Made by a program: the position numbers and the translations under genes
NCBI GenBank assembly: GCA_047495785.1
Contig: JBLDXI010000004.1
Location: 2,480,001-2,544,000, forward strand
Direction: 5' to 3'
DNA length: 64,000 nucleotides
Origin: Lepidodermella squamata
Taxonomy: Eukaryota > Animalia > Gastrotricha
Shown: positions 58,001 through 64,000 of the stretch, in pieces
Numbering within the stretch: position 1 is the stretch's first letter
Layout: the number at the start of each line of letters is the position of its first letter
Notes under the pieces: generated by a model
Database searches by the model: none
What the model was told of the DNA's origin: nothing
Seen by the model: only the letters and a program-made list of their open reading frames with translations

Positions 58001-59143
58001 GGCAGGTTTTCGAGATTATATTAACGCTCAGTAAAGAACGGCCCACTTAAATGTGTCGCTCGATTTCTAACTTTTAACTTATCAAATCCACTTGAAGCCC
58101 AGGGAGCGAAGTACAGGGATGCTGGGTGTCGCGACACCCCAACTCGAGGAAGGCTGAAAAAACCACAGGGGGCGGGGGGCTTTTGGTTTCTTTAGCTGGG
58201 TCCTAGAAAACAAGTAGAAAACACCTCAGCTCCCAGATTCAACTTCGCACAAGTGGTGGCACACTATTTTAAGCCCTGTTCATGATCTCCCCCATGGCGA
58301 TTCATCTTTTTTTAGCATTTTCGCTGAATATCTAATTTTTCGTATTACCGATGTATAACTCCTCAGATAACTTCGAAGCACTGTAGGTTTTGTGTTTGAA
58401 AATTATATTATTTTCGCTTTCTATTGTTTACAGCGCTGAATAACAAGGTAGATGTATATTTTGCGATCGATTGCTCTCGTTCGATTCCTATGGCGCACCT
58501 TCCAACGCTTAATGGTCTTTTAAAAGTTCTTACGAAACAAATTGCTCTCGTATCCACTTCGATGCAGGTATGCCCCGCATAGTAATAAAATCACAGACAA
58601 AAAACATATGATTTATTCAGCAGCTTGGAGTGCTCGTGTTTGGTGGTCGAGTAGCTGGAATGCGTGTCCCGACTCTAGCAAAAGGCGCATCTCAATTGAC
58701 AGACTCGATTTCGATTGATTCTTTCTATAACAAACTCACATACTTCGAAGGTCCAGGGAATGTCTCAAATGCGCTCAGCAGACTGATGGATCCTACGATT
58801 TTCAGCTCAAAAGGTCGGGCAATTTCTGTGTTAAATTTGAAAAATCTTAACTTGATTTTCAGATGGATCGCGTATTGATGCATTATCCGTTGGTGTAATT
58901 TTCACGGGATCCCTGAGCGCTGACGTTTCAGCTCTGGAAGAACAATTAAGCTACCTTGCGTTGTCACGCCGTCCTGTAATTTTGGTTCAATTGCCATCTA
59001 GCCACAAAAATCAGATTTCGGGGCTCAATAAACAATCAGCAAGATTTACTGCGCGTGGCTTCTCTGTAATTAAAATTGAAAACTGGAAGACTTTGATTGC
59101 ATATGCTCCAGCCATATTGCACGAACTTCAAACAATTACGTGA
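55066..59143 (+). CDS. Secreted multidomain protein: two C-type lectin domains, S/T tract, Cys-rich region, AbfB, mucin tract, Myxococcus-type Cys-rich repeat, VWA (multi-exon)
   Basis: Signal peptide MMIFLLTFV; YWFGL..YICE and CYLY..MIGL..YVCQ; [22 protein letters not shown]; [21 protein letters not shown]; [12 protein letters not shown] (MIDAS motif) at ~58451. Confidence 0.8.
58100..58254 (+). mobile_element. Intronic copy of the hAT-like MITE
   Basis: Colinear with 11395-11561. Confidence 0.85.
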
Positions 59144-59697
59144 ACGTTATCATCCCGTTTGTGACGTTCAGGTGAATAAATAAGAATCAGATGATAATTC
59201 TGAGCTCTTGTACAAACTGATTTTTCCTCTCGGCGAACTGATACTGATGATCAGTACAATCCCTTGCTGTACTTGCTCTAGAAAACAGACAAATGCTGAG
59301 CCGAATTTCAACTTCAAATACAATTTCAAATGATCCTGATCCTGTGATCCTAGAGCTGCCGGGGATAGAAAAGATTTTGGTGAGTCATTTCAGGGCTGCG
59401 ATTATCAATCCAACTGGTCTAGTACCAACTCAAATCTATTAGCTGGGTCCCCACCTCTTTCTCTCTTCGCCACGTTGCGTTGTTTCAGAAGCTTGATTTC
59501 TTTATCCTATCGCAAATTTCGGTTCCTTTCCCCTTTTTCTCGAAGTTCGTATTTTTAGCAGCATCTTGAGTTTCGCATGAGTTTCAAAAATCTTGCGCAG
59601 TTAATTCTGAGAAAAATGGTTAACGAGCTTTTAAGTGTAACTCCAGTACCCCATGTCGTCTGATATGACCTGCCTTTCACCTCTTGTGAAGGCCCTA

Positions 59698-60661
59698 CAG
59701 TGCGCCCTCGTTAAAGGCACCCTTTTTATAAGACCGTTTCTTTATCGAGGGCTGTTTACGATCGGATGAGGATTAGTGACCCGCATGGTGAACATTTTTT
59801 GCTTTTTCGTAATACCGTAACGAGTGGTAACTTTGGACAAAACGTGTTTTTCGAACATTAAAAATCAGCCTTTGCTCCTAAATTTCTGAAATTTTTACCA
59901 AAGGTGGGGACGGTGATTCTTGAATTTACTACAAATTCTAGAAATTCTAGATTTTTACCTGACCTTTGGCTAATTAATATGTGTTCCGGTAACTTTGGAC
60001 AATTAGAGGGTAGTTTTGGACACTCATTTGCATATGCAATTTCATTGCAATTTCATTGTGAATTATCTGTTTTTCATGGTTTTCATTTAATCTTGGGTCA
60101 GATTTCGAAAAAAATTATGAACAGATGGCGCATCATCTGTTTCTCGGAAGTTCAATAAAAATACGTTTCTGCGCAGCAGCATACTTAACCCGTCCAAAGG
60201 TGTCCAAAATTACCCCAATTTTCACCTGTTTTTCAGGTAAATGACCTGCTTAAACGTGTCGACGGATTGTCATTTTTTCTTCGATTATAGGGAGAGTAAA
60301 TATAGGAGAATGCTCATACCAATTTTTGTTGGAAACAGTTCGATTTTTAGAAAGATAGAAGGGGGTCCCAAAACGGCACCCAAAGTCTAACTGCTTGCAA
60401 CTTTTTCTGAAATCCGATTTCAGCTCCAATCGTCTTGATTTTTATTTCAAACGAAAGCTGAGGAGACGGAGAATTTTATGCAAAAAACCCCATGATTTAA
60501 ATGTTCAAGCCTGAAGAGCTAAACACCTGCAAAGCCGAAAGTGTCCAAAGTTACCGTGTCCACAATCACCACACGTTACGGTAAATCTACTTGTTAAAAG
60601 CACCCCTTGTTCAAAGAACGGGTATGGCTCTCGACCCAGTGCTTTTATCGAGGGAGCACTG
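59698..60661. mobile_element. TA-TSD MITE containing a second TA-TSD MITE at 59815-60581
   Basis: Outer TIR CAGTGCGCCCTCG / CGAGGGAGCACTG; inner TIR CCGTAACG / CGTTACGG; paralogous empty site GAAGGCCCTATCAAAATTC at ~60872. Confidence 0.82.
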
Positions 60662-63600
60662 TATCAAAATTCACAGTTCGCAATGAGAGTTCGAGTTCGC
60701 GATGAATTGTCATTGAAAGAGATGTTATTGAAACATTCTCTTGTGCATAGTTGTCTGCTTTCGTATCTGCTGGTACTAGCTATTGAGCTGCAATTCACAT
60801 CCGGAGTTGAGTTACTACTATCTTCTGGGGCCTCCGCTGTTGTCTGATATTACCTGCATTTCACCTCTCGCGAAGGCCCTATCAAAATTCGCCCAGTCTA
60901 CTTCTGAGGTTCATCTAAGCAATAACGTGATTATTAAGCTGATTCTCGACACAGCTGATCCTGTGAAGCTTAGTGAAAGCAAAACAAGTGGTTACCTGCT
61001 ATGCCGAGATTCGAGCCAAATTCCACTTATCAACGAGTGCAGCGAAGAAGTGGCAGGATCTCTAATCGGAGCTATTGCTCACGATAGCGAAGAAGCAAAT
61101 ATTGATGGCTCTTTGTTTTTACAGGATATATGCTTCTCTTCACATTGAACCGCTTTTCGCCAGGAGCCAGTGTGCGACTTTCAGGGGGGATGGGGGGGAT
61201 CATCCCCCCCAGCTCGGCCGGGCCAGACGACAACATGAGAATTTATCCCCCTATATCGTCAATTTCGAGAGGTTCTGGAGCGTGTTTTATCAGTGTGTCC
61301 GTCAAATAATATGAGCCTAAATATAGCATTTTAATTGCGCCTGTTCACGAGTCGTGCACGAGGCAAAAAAAAACGCAGCACTGAATGATAGTACAGCTAT
61401 TGTTGTTCATTGCTGGAATAATATCAATTATTGCTCCGCCAAAATTTGCATTATTTAATCAAGATAAAGAACATTCTTCGGAACGAAAGCATTAGCTTCG
61501 GGATTTTCACCTGCAAGCTTTGTACGTGACTAAAGTTTTGGGGACAACGAGTTGCCCTGAATATTCATGCAATAAGATCAAACGCGCAACAATGTCAACC
61601 TAATATCTGGAAAAAATATAACAATTTAACTGCGATTTAATAGCAAATTTTCTGATCCAATTCAGTTAAAACTGTTTGTACTAGCCATTGGACGTATTCT
61701 TGCGGGTATGTGAAATTCACGTATATAACGGTTAGCCGATAGCGCCCCGGATGCTACACAAATTGGCGAAAGCGACATTACCCCTTTATTTCAAAACGCG
61801 GAACTTATTTCAAACAGATTACCAGGTCGTAATGGAAACTGCTTTAGTTGCTTTCATTACATTTGTTGCATTTTTTGCATTTTATGCTTCAACGGCAGTT
61901 ATTAAATTAGACATGCAAGTGGTATCCGTACCGTGCCGGATATTACACAAGATTACGAAACAAAATTTAGAAAATGTCCCGCGGCTGTTGAAGACCCAAG
62001 TCGATGGGCAAGTCGATGTACGCGAAAAAGGGGAAACCCGATTCCAAAAAAGCGGTTTGTAAAACTGGCCATGGCCGAATTCAAAATGGCCCTTGCAAAA
62101 CAAAAAACTGAAACGGCTGAGGGAGAAGATGATGATGACGTAGATGAACCTGATAATTAAGATAATTTTTTAAAGGCGCGGCTCGTTAAGAGGAAAATAT
62201 GAGCATTCCTGATGGTCGGAACATCACCTTCTCTATCACCTGAAAGAATTAAGACGAAGAAAGTTTAATCATCAACACTAGCTGATACATACGAATTTTA
62301 ACTAGCAGTAGTAAATAAAGCTTTAGATTTCATTGACGTATTATTTTTTGCATCTCATGAAAAAAATGAGACGCCAGATCTGGCACGCGCCACGCTTGCT
62401 GTTGCTTTTGGACTATAAATAGCCTCATATTATTTGACGGACACACTGTAGTGAAACATCTGCAAAATTTTCTCGCTTCGCTCGGTTATCCGCCAAAATA
62501 ACTAGTAATTTTGGCAAATACAGCAAAAAAATTGTTTCCATCCCTGGCAGCTCGAGGATCCAAGATCGCACCCTGCCAGGAGCAGAGGACAGTAACGAGG
62601 TCTACAGATTGATACGCACTATTATAATTCCTCTTATTCAATCCGGCTTGAGATTAACACGAATTAACAATCATAATTATTTAGTCGGATTTTTCAGGAA
62701 GAAGAAACTAGCTTGCAACGACTTGTTATCTAGCATTCTCTCAGAGGCTCTGGCCGGAGCTGAAACAATTGAAACTCGTACTCTCAAACGTGATATGATA
62801 AGCCGAGTCAAACTCCAAGGCCTTGCTAGATCCGACATTTTGGGCAACGGAGCGAAAACAAAGGATGGCGGCTATAGCCAGCTTGTGATTACCTACCTGC
62901 CTTGCTAATTATCTTTCTTTTAAATTTTAAATGAAGTAATGAAAGCTTGAACTTCAAACATAAACTTTTGGATAATCTCTCTTGCGCCGAGCTAATGTAA
63001 CGTTGAAGTAAAAACGTTGGAGGATGTTTTGGTTTTGTCGACTAAATAGTTAAGATAGTGAATTCGTTCAATTTATACATTTTATTTAGTCGATGTGTCT
63101 GGTCACCATATGTCTGGTGCATTAACTAGAAGTGGAATTGGGATGGGCTGGGTTGGTTTCAGTGTGCCAAGTGAGATTCTATATAGCTGAGGCATTTTCT
63201 AGAGCCCATCCGATGAAACCAAAAGCTTGAAAAGCTTAACCCACATTTAAATAGTTAATAGCTGAATAATTTAAATAGTACGGTACAAATAGTTAAGAAC
63301 CCTTTTATCAAAGCGTCAAAAAATCCTTACAAAATTAGCGATAGTTCTCCCATATTCAGTTGTTATTCTGAAAATTTATTCTTTTAGGAAGAATTATTCA
63401 CAAATTTTTAAATAATGTTTTCGATTTTTGGCATCGCTGCATGTGGCTTGAGTTGATTCTTTGAATCTTCAAGAATCATTTTCATATCAGTAATACCTTT
63501 TAGAAATTATCACCCCATTGCCCAAGATTGGCAAATTTCGCCGCATAATGGAGAAAAGCTGTGTGTTTTAATAAAACAGATTGTTTTCATTCATCGTTTT

Positions 63601-64000
63601 CGCATGAAAAAAGTAGTCTCGATTCAGCCATTTTTTGCTCCCGTTCGATATCGAGGAGTGTCGGGTCCATCTACTATTTTCATCAATCGATAACCGACAT
63701 TGTAGGTGGTGCTTTGCATAGCGAACTCAATGATGGATTACAGCCGCCATTTCAGGGATTTTTGCTACCCCGGCTATATGTGGTGAGGTCGGTTATTTGA
63801 GGAGTTAATGTTTCATAATTTTCACCATACATTAGTCCAAACGTCGAGTGATTTAATAGAAAAAAAAATCTCCATAAATTGTCGGTGCATTCCGCAGAGT
63901 ACGATAGCTGCGAAGGTTCGTAAGATGGGTGTTTTTTTTTTATAGTTTTTGCAGTGTTTCTCTGCTGATTTTTCAAGCACATCCCGTTATTGTCCTGTAC

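Overview
This is eukaryotic, invertebrate-like DNA with short GT-AG introns. Bases 1 to ~41,350 hold two related Polinton/Maverick (adintovirus-like) endogenous dsDNA viruses, one nested in the other. Element A (340-23901) is full length, with 572-bp TIRs and a 6-bp target-site duplication (TSD) GACAGT. It is inserted into the major capsid gene of element B, whose left end lies outside the window. Both carry pPolB, packaging ATPase, major and minor capsid genes, a pVI-like peptide and a PLA2-integrase-chromodomain fusion. A also carries an adenain protease, a VLTF3-like late transcription factor, a fiber-like gene, a spliced PB1-HTH gene and a spliced LicD/fukutin-type phosphotransferase. Most morphogenesis genes have TCTA 12-17 nt before the ATG, resembling the CroV/mavirus late promoter. 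Both elements carry inactivating lesions. The rest of the window is host sequence: a tandem rhodopsin-family GPCR cluster, a secreted C-type lectin/AbfB/mucin/VWA gene, MITEs and dispersed repeats. All protein calls are motif recognition by eye; no searches were run.
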